NCBI GenBank assembly: GCA_002633005.1
Contig: NMRA01000013.1
Location: forward strand, 168,033 to 232,032
DNA: 64,000 bases
Origin: Phoronis australis
Lineage: Eukaryota; Animalia; Phoronida
Reading direction: 5' to 3'
How positions within the stretch are numbered: position 1 is the stretch's first letter; every line of letters starts with the position of its first letter. Shown one piece after another: positions 1 to 12,020 of this stretch. The position numbers and the translations under genes are program-made. Under the pieces are notes generated by a model. It saw nothing but the letters and a program-made list of their open reading frames with translations, had not been told where the DNA came from and did not search any database.

Positions 1-992
1 ACATTTTCACTTCCATCGATGCCGGGGGAGTGTTGCGGTGTATTACCTGTAGCAGTGTGAGTGGTTGCGTTGTCGTGAGCTACACTTTGTCCATTGGGCC
101 GGACGTCGGCGCCTTCAAGTGGTATTGGATTAGGGTTTTCTGCTGGTGTTCCCTGAGTGTCGTCTGCTCGGGCTGTTGTCCACAAATGATAAAGAATCCC
201 AATTGCTACTAGTGAATATTCCATTGTAAACGGATAGAGATACTTTGCGGCCTCGTCGAGGGATTTTCCAAGTGTGGTTGATTGGTTCAAACAACTGTTG
301 TATTCTACCTGATGTTCTACACTGCCTGCTTGAAATGCTACGCCGTATTTAATTTCAACATCGTCAAATATGTGATCAATCTCCTCCATTTCCTGAAGGT
401 AGCTCACTACCCATACTGCGCAGTTTGCGCACAAGCTTATTGCTATAATGAGGCGCGTTAGCATTGGGCGAAAAAATTTAGCAGACGAAAACTGGAGCAG
501 GAATGCCATTTGAATTACAAAAAATATTATCTTGCTGACGTGGAAGAGCAGAGACGAGAAGAAAGATACCCATGACTTAACCGAGTCCCCATGCCACGAC
601 TTGTACAAAACATCAGGACTGCGTTTGCCAACATAATGAACGCATTCAAATTCGAAAATAATCGTCAGCACATCGAGAATGACGCTACCGGTGCCAAATA
701 TGTACAAACCAATGATGGGAAACTTGTATTTCATCCTCTGAAGAGCGTTCCGTTGACCGTGGTCTTCTGTTACGTAAATGACGAACGAGTTATCATCGCG
801 CTTGTGATAGACGAAGATCATCATAGCTGTTACAGTCACCAAAAGAACAATCAACGAAATTGACACGACATTCGATGGTAACCCAATGTGGCTGTCTTTC
901 GTGAGTTGATGACTGACCAGTATCCCCGTGATGATACTACTGGCGACCATAAACAGGAGTATACTGGTGTCTCTGCCTTTCACGTTGGACAT
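1..992 (-). CDS. Otop: Otopetrin-family proton channel, paralog A (3'-truncated by window edge, intronless over the visible part)
   Basis: Manual translation from the ATG at 992 gives MSNVKGRDTSILLFMVASS...FPIIGLYIFGTGSVILD...IQMAFLLQF...CANCAVW...AAKYLYPFTMEYSLVAIGILYHLW, in one frame to position 1. It is collinear with the two complete paralogs and carries the otopetrin TM6 motif YLYPFxxEY. Not in the ORF track because its stop lies outside the window. Confidence 0.93.
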   Translation of the reverse strand, partial: MSNVKGRDTSILLFMVASSIITGILVSHQLTKDSHIGLPSNVVSISLIVLLVTVTAMMIFVYHKRDDNSFVIYVTEDHGQRNALQRMKYKFPIIGLYIFGTGSVILDVLTIIFEFECVHYVGKRSPDVLYKSWHGDSVKSWVSFFSSLLFHVSKIIFFVIQMAFLLQFSSAKFFRPMLTRLIIAISLCANCAVWVVSYLQEMEEIDHIFDDVEIKYGVAFQAGSVEHQVEYNSCLNQSTTLGKSLDEAAKYLYPFTMEYSLVAIGILYHLWTTARADDTQGTPAENPNPIPLEGADVRPNGQSVAHDNATTHTATGNTPQHSPGIDGSEN

Positions 993-1805
993 CTTTGTTT
1001 GAAGACAGCCTCAATTCACTCAACTGGCGTAGTACTCACTAACTAAACCTGTCCGACTACCGTGCGCGTCGTGAATATTGAAACTGTAACCTGTGCTCTG
1101 TAGGCCAACATGTACGACTCACTTGGGATTTCCCGAAGGGTTAGGTTAGCCAACTTCCTGGTTCAAAGATCTGCGTGTAGTTTCCATCCCGTGACAATGT
1201 CAGGGGGCATTCGTATGTGTTAAAGTTCCATGCATTTGATATTCGTTTCGTCACACTGTTTTAAGTTATTCATTATTTTAAAAAACAGATTTTTTGTTCT
1301 CCACGCCAAGCAAGCGGTGGTGCTCTGGTGTACTTCATCAAAAGTTCACGGTTCACAAGGTCACTAGAATATTGTATTCATTCACATATACTGAATTGTG
1401 AAAAAAATGAAAATTATAGGGCCTAGTGGGAAAATTTCCAGCTTTCCTGTTGTACTGGTATTCATTACAAACGATGCAAGCATCAGGAAATATTTTTAAA
1501 ACGTGAAGGTAGTGTATTACTCAGTTGTTTTCACAAAGTAATTGGATCAAACCTACTGGTGCTCCAGTGGTCATTAATAAGTTGACTTTATGATGTATGT
1601 CAGCTAGTGTTTAAGTTCTCTGTACACTTGATTTTTTTGCGGTAATAAAAATATGCACAAACAAGCATCATGATTATCATCAGTCAAATTTTTACGCCAT
1701 TTTACACACTTTTACATTTTTGTCATCTTTTGAAGTACATGAATGTTCCGTGTGGGAACCGTGACTTCCAGAAAAGTGGATTTTATGGCTCTTGAACAAT
1801 TGGCC

Positions 1806-2031
1806 CAGTGGCAAATCTAATCCCAGTAAGGGGGGGGGGGATTCGCGCGAATCCGAGGCGCGTATCGCCGAGCGGGAGGTGGTTGGAAGGGGTTTCCCCC
1901 TCGTGTGTAAGAATTTTTTTTGTTTTTGTAGCTAATTCCGTTTTCCTGGCCACATTTCTTTTAACATTTATTTTTGATCCTGTCCCGGGGAGGGGTTTAA
2001 ACCCCATGAACTCCCCGTAGATCTGCCTCTG
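1806..2031. mobile_element. Non-autonomous DNA transposon (MITE), hAT-like ends
   Basis: TIRs CAGTGGCAAATCTA / TAGATCTGCCTCTG with G/C-rich subterminal runs; flanks TGGCC / TGGCT (imperfect 5-bp TSD). Confidence 0.7.
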
Positions 2032-3947
2032 TGGCTTTGTCACTGTTCTACAGCTCAATGCTGAATTTGCTTAAATGCTGTTGCCACACCAGTCAGCATG
2101 GACAAAATGGACAAATTTATAAAACATTTTCCTTAACGTAGCAAAAATCATTTCACTTCCAATTTGAGAAAAAGTATATATTTTTTATTCAGAAACGGTT
2201 TTTGTTTTCCCAGTTTCGTGTCCGAGCGGTGTTTTTCGATTCTAAGATGTTCTCACTCTGTCAACGTACCCCCCAATAATTGTGATATCAAAACAAATTG
2301 CTCCATGAAAGTGGTCACGGCTAGAAATGGTTTCATAAGGCTCATGTCACCTAGCAATTGATGATGCACGCCGGTTTCCTAGAAGTCCGGGTTGTTACTA
2401 TTCACAGGTCGTGCTGCTCAAATGGGTCAATTTTTCACCACCGTATTAACTTACGAAAAGCACTGGCGGATCATCAGGGAATGGGAGTTCAACTGGTTTA
2501 AACCCCCAATCAGTGCAAAAACTTCATGCATTCAATTTTGATATAATAGCATTCAATTTTGGTATAATAAAGATACATTAATCATTATTGATACCAACTT
2601 TTCTGACAAGTTAGAAGCGGGTACGAAGTGTTTCTGGAAGTTTGTTGATACTAATTAGGTAGTCAGGATTTAGGAGGCACTGAACAGTTCTCACAGGGGT
2701 TTGCCTGTCAGAACACACATCAATGGGCTTTTCACTCTTTCTCCACTCTTTCAAAAACTGCAGGCAAATAAAGAAAAGTTTTTAGTCATTTCACATCACA
2801 AGCCATACAGATGAGCACAGAAACTTTATTCTATCTTGTATTTTTGACCCTTTCACTCCCAGTGGAAACCAAGTCAGACTAAGAAAAATAAGGGCAAAAA
2901 AAATGCAAAATCGGTACTTTTCACTCCAAAACCACCACTTCCCTGCCGATGCTCGACTAAAGCCAACATTAGATTCCGAAAGCAAATTTCCTACCAATTC
3001 CAAAACTGTGGTCCAAAAGTACTGTCGACCAACTATTTTTTTGCAAATCTGGCTTGCTTAAGGGATACCTGAAATCGCGGCCAATTTCTCAGTTGCTACA
3101 CAGCAATGCACAACTGCAACATGGGCCACCATCTTGAAGAAGAGCGTAGCTACAGCCGAGAAAGTGGCCATTTTTCATTCTCAGCATGTTCACAAATACA
3201 AACAAACAACATTCACTGAGCCTACATGCAGTGCCTCCTGACAAAATGTCCCCAAACTTGGCCTACCCCAAAATTTTAACTAACTGTTCAGTGCCACCTT
3301 ACGTAAATGGCCAGAGGGAGTTTTGCTGGAATGCCAACTCCGTTCATCTCGCGCAGTTGAGGTTGCGTCGCGCATGCGTGGAATTTGTTTGCATTCGTTT
3401 GTTCCGGTGTTGGTTCTTTTTAAGCAATTTACTGTCACTAAAACCGTTAACAAATCCGCCTTTGTTCATCCAAATTGTACAAGAGTCATATCAGTTCTTG
3501 ATGGTGTTTGATTATACGAGAAGCGAAACATAAATAATCTAATTCATAAATAATTATCATTTCCCATATCTGACAACTTTGAAAATATTTTTAAATTCTA
3601 AAAACCAAGAGTGTTACCGAAATGCTAAAAATAATATGGTGTAATAGTAACATAAAAAAGGAAATGAACAAGAGAGGTTATATAACTGACTAGTGAAACT
3701 AAATAATTTTAATGATTGTAAAGATTTTTACCATATAAAGACAAAGATTTTAGAATATGGACCCCTCACAGTTGCTGCGACGAATTTAGTCAGGTATTCA
3801 TCCAAAACTATACATTTTTCTATATTAATCGGACTTTTGGTGCCGCTTGATAAGAATCTTCAATAGAAATTGAGGATGCAGTGACATTCACAAAAATATG
3901 GTGAAATAATTACTCCAACAACACTTCATAACCTTAACACAGTTTTG

Positions 3948-5741
3948 TTAGCGAGTATGATTGAGAAGTATTCCAACACTGTGGAAGCGGTAGAAAATTG
4001 CCATTGGGTAGGTAATGAGGAGTATGACTTTCCAGTTGCGTCCGAAATAATTGTTCTCCACTGGATAGGCTTCGGCTGATTGCAGTCCGGTAAAGCTATC
4101 TAATGCCCACAAGGCTACATTACTTGCTATCACAAACATGATGCCGTTTAGCATGAATTTTTTGTCACCATCTGAAATTTCATTACCAGAAGTGAACCGC
4201 AGGATTTTGATAATGAGGCGATTTTGGACCACGACTTGCACAAAGTTTGTCATCGCGTCTAATGAGATAAGACAAATGGTCGGGACTGTTATGAGGTCAT
4301 TCGGGTGTTCCGCTGCGTATCCCGATGCGATCATATTCCAACCAGCTATTGCAGTGAATGTTTTCATCATAAGAGTTCCACTGGAAGACAACAACATAAG
4401 GATACTTTCGTCGTGATATACGTAGTCTGAATCTCCACTTTTTTGCATAATTGAAATACATTTTAGCGAAATAAAAATTAATAGCAAATAGAGTGTCATC
4501 TCGAACCCACAGTGTACCTTGGTCAATATAGTTGTAGCCTTGTGGATTTTGCCGTAAAGAACAACTTCGGCAATTTCTATGACGAAATTGGAAATTATAA
4601 ATACGTAACCAAAGTGAAATAAAATCCCAACTTTGCTTCTTATTGCTTGATTAGCATTGTTGCGCTGTAAAAGCGGGGTGGCCTCTGTTGGTGGAATACA
4701 AACTTCACTGTTTATATTATTGTTCATGTTTCCTCCGACGGCGGGCCCCACACAGCTTCGGTTGCTTGACAAAAGTTCTACCTCTTCGATTTCATACTCA
4801 TCTTCGCCAGCACCACGGTTATTTGAGTGAACGATACCGTTTTCGTGGGTACAAATTTCATTGCTTGTGTTCACATGGGTTACACCGTTGTGTTCGACAG
4901 GGCAGTTATCGGTACCTTCAACAGCTATCGATGGTTCTGCATGTGGTCTGTTGGTGACGTTTGCTCTCACGGTTGTCCACAAGTGATAGAGAATTTCGAT
5001 GGCTATAAGTGAATATTCCATACTAAATGGATAGAGATATTTTGCAGCGACGTCGAGGGTTCCACCAATCGATGTGTTTCTGAAGTTTAAACAGTTGATT
5101 AATTCTATGTTGCGTGCTCGAAATGCAAAATCATGTGCGTGCACGTAGTTAGTTTTAAAAACATCTTTCATTTCCTGAAGGTAGCTCACCGCCCATACCG
5201 CACAGTTTGAGCATATGCTCATTGATATTATAAGACGTGTGGTTACTGGGCGCTTAAATTGTGCCGATGAAAATTGGAGCAGGAATGCCATTTGAATCAC
5301 GAAAAATAAAATCTTGCTGACGTAAAATATTAGAGAAGGTATCGAATAGTTAATGTCTGCGTCTCCATTCCAAGATTTGTCACGAACTTCACAAATACAT
5401 TGGATTTCGAAACTCAAATTTAGCACATCGAGAATGACGTTACCTGTGCCAAATACGTACAGTCCAATTATAGGGAACTTGTCCCTTACTCTCTGCAGTC
5501 CGCTGTTTTCCGCTGCGTAAACAACGAACGTGATGTCGTCTCGCTTGCAGTACAAAAATACCATCAAGATGGAAACGATTACTAGCACTGTACTCAATGG
5601 ACCAGACACGGTATCTGATTGTAAGTCTATCTCACCTTGTTTCGTAATTTGTGGACTGATCAGTATCCCCGCGATCACACCACTACTGACAACAAACAGT
5701 AAAATGCTGATGTCTCTGCCTTTCGTGGTCATGGTGGACAT
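3948..5741 (-). CDS. Otop: Otopetrin-family proton channel, paralog B (~597 aa, intronless)
   Basis: ORF 3948..5870. The first ATG (5741, MSTMTTKGRDIS) aligns with the paralog starts. About 12 hydrophobic segments, TM6 YLYPFSMEY, C-terminal YPMAIFYRFHS (otopetrin FYRxH signature). Confidence 0.95.
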   Translation of the reverse strand: MSTMTTKGRDISILLFVVSSGVIAGILISPQITKQGEIDLQSDTVSGPLSTVLVIVSILMVFLYCKRDDITFVVYAAENSGLQRVRDKFPIIGLYVFGTGNVILDVLNLSFEIQCICEVRDKSWNGDADINYSIPSLIFYVSKILFFVIQMAFLLQFSSAQFKRPVTTRLIISMSICSNCAVWAVSYLQEMKDVFKTNYVHAHDFAFRARNIELINCLNFRNTSIGGTLDVAAKYLYPFSMEYSLIAIEILYHLWTTVRANVTNRPHAEPSIAVEGTDNCPVEHNGVTHVNTSNEICTHENGIVHSNNRGAGEDEYEIEEVELLSSNRSCVGPAVGGNMNNNINSEVCIPPTEATPLLQRNNANQAIRSKVGILFHFGYVFIISNFVIEIAEVVLYGKIHKATTILTKVHCGFEMTLYLLLIFISLKCISIMQKSGDSDYVYHDESILMLLSSSGTLMMKTFTAIAGWNMIASGYAAEHPNDLITVPTICLISLDAMTNFVQVVVQNRLIIKILRFTSGNEISDGDKKFMLNGIMFVIASNVALWALDSFTGLQSAEAYPVENNYFGRNWKVILLITYPMAIFYRFHSVGILLNHTR

Positions 5742-7420
5742 TCTTGTCGTTTGAGTCCGAAAAGTATGAAACTGATTATTCAGCGAAGAGATATGAAGTG
5801 ACCTGCAGTTCTGAGTTACTAATTGGCGCCTCCAGCTGGTTTCACTTTCGATAGTTTTTTTTTCTGCCACAAAAACGTTTCACTTTCGATATTTTTTTCT
5901 GCCACATCTGTGATTACCGGAAAATAAGGCCATGAGTCTAAAATAAGATGTGAACTTCGGATAAACATAAAGCACGAAATAACACAACGCATCACTGCTG
6001 ACTGGCAGCACTGCTGTAAGTGTAGTCTCCTGCACAGACCCTCGAGATTGGTTGGGGGCCTTCACAAGCAATCTGTGACGTCAGCTTATGAGGCCCGGGA
6101 ACCAGGTTACTGTAAGTGCTCGTGCCGAGACAGCGTGAGACTTCATTGTTGCCTGCTTTGAACTTGACCGAGCCGTTTCATTGCAGTATTTTTGGGCAGA
6201 ATGTCTTTAAATCACCAACTACTTTCAATAATCAATTTTATCAATCCAGGCCCGTGCATATATTCAAAGACACTAGCATTTTCCTCCGACCATGGAAATG
6301 GCTAAAAGACACAATAACGACTGACCTTTACTTTCGAAGACATAGCACAATTATGTACCTCGTAAAAAGACAAACTGTCACAGATGCACATTACCGCCAT
6401 AACATGGAAGAATTATGATTACATTCGACTTAAGTAAAAATAACCCAGTTAAGTTGAACAAACAAATTCGTTTGTTATCAAAATGTCTCTTATTGATGCA
6501 TGATCACCAACGCATTTTCTCAAAGCCCCGCCCACCGCAACACGAGCTGAACTGGTAGGAAATGGTTATGTGACAGTAATCCGAAGGTGCACCGTAGTCC
6601 GAAGGTGGGCAGCATGTTTCCTTGTTCATGATTTTCACATACGTCACCGAATGGACGCGATAAATGATCTAAACATTTTCAAAAATATTACTGCATTTGC
6701 ACGCGAGCAACATTGAAGACGATACTTTGCGTTTAACACCTACCAACTTTCGCTTTGAAAGAAAACAATGTGAATAATATCATTGTTGATCGTGAATTAA
6801 GGTTCAAAAACTTGAGCCAAGAAGGGTGACGTAAAAAGAGATTTTTTGTCAAATCGATGTATTTTTAATGCATCCGTTGATTTGATTCTCGCGATTAGTT
6901 TCATAGAATGTCGACAAAATTGCATTTTAATATGTATGGCTTAGGACTAGTGCACCTTCGGACTAGTACACTCCCGGAATACTGAGCTGCTCCCGTAGAA
7001 ATGCACGAGACAAAATTCAGGCGCATTTTGAAGATTGATGTTAAGAATACTTTAATTCGGATAAATGAATACAATGTGAAATTCTTCATATGACACACGT
7101 CAACATTTTAACGAACATCAAAGCGACATCAAATGACGAGAAATGAGCAGATTAAAAAGCGTTAGGGTTTCTATTGTTGAACTCATAGCATTGTACATGT
7201 TTACAATTATGGCACAGTGTAAGTAATGAACTCAACTGATAACGGCAATGTAAACCTCATATTGCAATTTATTACGTCAATATCTGTGATTAGAAGTAAA
7301 TGAATAAGTTGTGCATAGGAGAGGTTACAATGTTTGCTTCTTGGCGACATTTTGCCGCGGATAAAACCAAATTTGTTGATGCAACGTAAAGTGCGAGTGA
7401 GAAGGGAATGGTGGAGTTTT

Positions 7421-9307
7421 TTAAGGAATGCTTTTGAAAAGTTCCCCAACACTGTGGTAGCGGTAAAAAATTGCCATTGGATAGACGATTATTCGTATGA
7501 CATTCCAATTAGTGCCAAAATATTTAAGCTGTAAAGCAAATAGGTCGATGGCGTGTATCTCAACAAAGCTGTTTAAAGCCCAAATTGCTAAATTGGACAC
7601 TAACAGAAATACGACGCCCTTGAACAAGAATTTCTTGTCACCATTTGTCATTTCGTGATTGCTGGACGACAATCGCGCAATCCTGACAATGAGAAGATTC
7701 TGGAAAACAATTTGCACCAAGTTTGTCATTGCATTAAAAACAGCAGTCCATACGCTATTTTGTTGCACAGATGTCGCCGATCGGTCTGCAATCGTACTCC
7801 AACCTGCTATTGCAGTAAATATATCAAACATCAGAGCTCCGAAAGAAGACAACAACAAAAGAATATCTTCTTCGGTGTATGGTCGCTCCGTAATTCCAAC
7901 TTTTCGGACAATTAATAAACATTTAATGGTTACAAAAATCAACGCCAGATATAATACAAATTGAATTACATAGTGTATGATCAAAAATGTAAATTTTTCA
8001 CTTTTATCCTTTTCGTTATCTTGATCATAAATGTTTAGAAGACATTCCACCACAAAATTTAAAAGAATGAATACGTAACCTATGTTGAATAAGACCCCCA
8101 ATTGGTTATGCACAGGTTGGCCAGTATAACTTTGTACTAAGAGTGGATTGCTCCCTGTCAGCACTGAGTCAACATGAGACGTACGTCCGCCGTTTTCGTC
8201 TTCGTTATGGGCTCCTTCGTTTGTATAGCTCAGAGGGTCTCCGTTGAATGCAAAGGGGTTTTCCTCTTGCATCACATTTCCAAGATGGCTGGGACCAAGA
8301 GTATGAGGGGATTGCTGTACTGGATATCTTTCTATCATACCTCCGTAAATTTCACGGCTTGCTACATCATGATTGCCGACACTAGTACGTACGTTAGGAC
8401 AGCCGGTATCGCCTTCACCAGGTATCCCATTCGTATTCTCAGCACGTGAACCGTTGGTGTCGTCTACCCGGGTGGTAGTCCATAAATGATAAAGAATTCC
8501 AGTGGCTATTAGAGAATATTCCATAACAAACGGATAGAGATACTTTGCTGCGTCGTCAAGGGCTCTACCAAGCGTTGTATTCATGTTAATACAGTCATTG
8601 TATTTTGCACCTAATTCTCCAGATGCAGCGCCATAGATGTTTGGATTGTTGTCTAACTCTTTTTCAACCTCTTCCATTTCCTGGAGATAACCCACTACCC
8701 ACACAGCGCAGTTCGCGCACAAGCTCATTGCAATCATGAGGCGCGTGATCATAGGGCGCAAAAATTTAGCAGATAAAAACTGGAGCAAAAATGCCATTTG
8801 AATTATGAAGAAAGCTATTTTACTGAAGTGGAAGACAACCGACGATACAAAATGTTTCCAAGACAGCATGACGTCGGCATGCCACGAATGTGACAAAACG
8901 TCAAAGCCTACGGCCACGTAATCGTCGTAATGTCCGCAAGAAATTTCGAAAAAAATCGTAAGCACATCGAGAAGTACGTTTCCGGTTCCAAAAATATACA
9001 GTCCAATTACGGGAAATTTGTCTTTTGCCCACTTTCGAAATGCGTTGCTGTGATAGCCGCCGTTCTCCGTCACATAAACAACCACAGTTTCGTCATGACG
9101 CTTGTAATACATAAAGACCATCATTGCGGTTACACTCAATAGTAAAACGCTCAACATACTAAACACAACATACAACGGCAACGTTACATGCACGCTACTG
9201 TCCCTGGTAAGCTGGTAACTAAGTAATATCCCCGCGGACACACAACCAGTGCTCATGAATAGAAGAACGCTGGCGTCTTTGCCATGCGAGCGGCCCTCGT
9301 GCGTCAT
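7421..9307 (-). CDS. Otop: Otopetrin-family proton channel, paralog C (~628 aa, intronless)
   Basis: ORF 7421..9373, first ATG at 9307 (MTHEGRSHGKDAS). Contains YLYPFVMEY and YPMAIFYRYHS; same TM layout as paralog B. Confidence 0.95.
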   Translation of the reverse strand: MTHEGRSHGKDASVLLFMSTGCVSAGILLSYQLTRDSSVHVTLPLYVVFSMLSVLLLSVTAMMVFMYYKRHDETVVVYVTENGGYHSNAFRKWAKDKFPVIGLYIFGTGNVLLDVLTIFFEISCGHYDDYVAVGFDVLSHSWHADVMLSWKHFVSSVVFHFSKIAFFIIQMAFLLQFLSAKFLRPMITRLMIAMSLCANCAVWVVGYLQEMEEVEKELDNNPNIYGAASGELGAKYNDCINMNTTLGRALDDAAKYLYPFVMEYSLIATGILYHLWTTTRVDDTNGSRAENTNGIPGEGDTGCPNVRTSVGNHDVASREIYGGMIERYPVQQSPHTLGPSHLGNVMQEENPFAFNGDPLSYTNEGAHNEDENGGRTSHVDSVLTGSNPLLVQSYTGQPVHNQLGVLFNIGYVFILLNFVVECLLNIYDQDNEKDKSEKFTFLIIHYVIQFVLYLALIFVTIKCLLIVRKVGITERPYTEEDILLLLSSFGALMFDIFTAIAGWSTIADRSATSVQQNSVWTAVFNAMTNLVQIVFQNLLIVRIARLSSSNHEMTNGDKKFLFKGVVFLLVSNLAIWALNSFVEIHAIDLFALQLKYFGTNWNVIRIIVYPMAIFYRYHSVGELFKSIP

Positions 9308-9805
9308 TTTCAACAGTCTGTTAATTGTAGTTTGCGGTACAAGTTGAATCGGTAGGCACTCTCGAAGTTTCAATACCTTCCTGTATCGAAAGTACTTTAT
9401 ATAGCCATTGACATTCTAAATGTGATGCTGACCCAGACCACGGATCGCTTCGAAGTTCTGTTTCGATGAACATACAATATCTTCCTGCTGCATCGACACT
9501 GCTTTACTGTATGGAACAGCGCCCCCTCCTGGCTGGATCCCAAGTAGTGGTCCAAGACTCAGACCCGCGGTCTGTTTTATGAAAAGTGAGTTAATACTAG
9601 AGTCACAAATTTCGTCTTTCTGAAAAAAATATTTAAATCTCATTTGAGCTAGAAATTAAAGTATCAGAATATATACATAACGGCTAAATGCTAAGATATT
9701 TTTGATAAATTATCTTAAGACATTGATTTTCTCATAACTATTTTGCCCCTTATGTGTAAGAGCGTAAGACCAAATTTCTGTCTTAAGTCACTTCTCATGA
9801 AATAC

Positions 9806-9874
9806 CATGGGCGGTGAAGCACTGAAAAAAGTGGGGGCCATACCCCCCCAGCCCCTTGTGGTGCGCCGCCCATG
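9806..9874 (-). mobile_element. ~68-bp micro-MITE (CATGGGCGGCGCA family)
   Basis: CATGGGCGGTG...TGCGCCGCCCATG flanked by a perfect AATAC duplication; other copies at 23524, 23596, 27758 and 49283. Confidence 0.85.
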
Positions 9875-11784
9875 AATACAGAGATAAAATTTGAATCTAA
9901 TAAAAGAATTTTAAATTTCAAATTCCAGTATTAGATTCAAATTTTATCTGTGTTCTCTCAGCTGGATGCCTCAAATTCCCATATTTTTGTCATGGAATAG
10001 ACCAGTTGGGATAAAGATTGCGATTAACTTAGATAAAAGCATGTTTTGTAAGAAAGCAAATCAATTTTGAGGAACTACAATTTATATTTTTGTTGATGTT
10101 TATGCAAATACCCTGTATAATAATAACTTACCGTGATTCACTAAGACTAGAATGAAAACGAACGCCATCAATTCAGTTGAATAACAAATATCTTCAGATC
10201 ATAAACTACGTTTTATAAGACTTTCAACTCAGGAAACGTATTTGAAAACTATGTTGTTCTAAATTGCGATCTGTGTTAGCACAGTTGCTGTTAGGAATTT
10301 TATCATTGGAGGTGTTTTTTGCGGGGGGGGGTCGGAACTGCATTAATTGAAAGACCCTGTAAACTATGTAGCCAAAATTTAAATGAAGACGAAATGCATT
10401 TATTTTGTTCGCACCAGGTATAATAGATTAAGAACAGGGTTTCCAATTGAACGCTTTATTCAACGCTTTATTCTACACATGTTTTAAATTATCCAGAAGC
10501 CCTTGTGAGGTTTTTGATTAGGAGACTATATTGCCGCAGGAATTGCCTATATTGTTTAACGGTTTAGGTGTTTATTGGTATTCATGTGACTTATAAGGTC
10601 AAGAGGCTGGGTACGTGTCGCATGTAAAGTTTATTTGTTTTTGTATTGTATTCTGCGATGCATCCATGCCACTATAATAAATAATAAATAATATCAATCG
10701 ATTTCATTGCTTATTTTAACTTTGCACCACATCAATTCAAAAGACATTACAAACCTTGCGTTTTTTACAGAATATCTGATCATTTGTACAAAAAACAACG
10801 TTCCACATTCAATGTACATTATACAATACACATACATGAAATAATACCAGGACCGTAGGAAGCGGGGGGCCGCGGGGCACGTGCCTCCCTAAAAAATTGC
10901 AGGCGTCAGGGTTAATCTGTAGCAACCGACATTGGCGTGGGGTCGAGGAAAGTCGAGAAAAGAAAGACTGTGAATACGGATAAGAGAAATTCAAGAGAAC
11001 ATTTGGCGACTCGGTATCTGTCCGTGTATGGTTTACCTTTTGAGGCAACGACCAGGACATTGTTGTTAGTGTCTCCGTTTTTTTGTAGCATAGGTCGCCT
11101 AAACGCACTTGAAAACGTGCACTTAATAATTCAAATATGCATTTCGAAAAATCGAGAAAATTTTAATTTCAACGAGACAATTTTGCGAATGCAAAACTAT
11201 ATTTTTCCATAAGCTCCTCTCTGTCAAGGTATAACGGAGACAACTGTCGTTCTATTTTTTGTTTTCTTGTTCTCGAAATTATATATCACTTGAGAAAAAT
11301 TGATGACCTGACAGATAACATCAATTGCTGCGCATTTCCTGATCTTTGAAAATATATATCTTTTTCATATTTAGGGGCCTAGCCCTTGAAGGGGACCATT
11401 GATGACATTCAAGTGGCCTCCCTTTTCGTGTTTTTATTGACAAATTCTTAAAGGACCACTCACGGAGAGAGGGCCCAATGTTGGAATCGATTATCTCTAT
11501 TTTCCTATTTTTTGTAAATCATGCAACCGGCTTTAATGTTGAGTGAGTTCTCTTCTGGCAGGGTCACATAACGATGGAATGAACTGTAACTCTTTTCCAA
11601 GCTTACTGGTGTTTAGTCTTTCATCTTAAAGTGTCCCATTTCAGACGGGACGCTCTCTCGGTGGGACGGTTCCGGGGAATTGTAACTTTGTTTCTCTATA
11701 CATGAAAATTTGAACAGCCAAGTAGGCCCTATTCACGAGGAGAAGTTGAGATTCCAAATTCACCAAGAACACTGAACATTCGTG

Positions 11785-12020
11785 CACAGCACAGGACAGC
11801 GGTTTCAAGACATTCGACCCAAACAACCAAAAATGTGAAAAATACACTAAGAGTGACCGCCATCGAAAAAGGTGGAATTTTGAAGAACGTGAAAATCACA
11901 AAATAACTATTTCCGATGATTATTTATAAAATAATGTTACTTCTTTCTCATAGTATTACCAGAATAGTATTTCTTTTGAAGATCGTTACAAGGAGTTGTT
12001 TGTCAGGAATTCGCACATGT
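11785..12020 (+). repeat. Diverged dispersed repeat, second copy at about 24635-24905
   Basis: Shared collinear blocks TCAAGACAT..CCCAAACAACCAAAAATG, GACCGCC, TTCTT(T)GAAGATCG and TTCGCAC. Confidence 0.6.

Noticed and set aside
5742-5870. 43-codon N-terminal extension of otopetrin B from a GTG start (and the 22-codon TTG extension of C)
   Set aside because: Non-ATG starts in a eukaryote, with no similarity between paralogs upstream of the first ATG.
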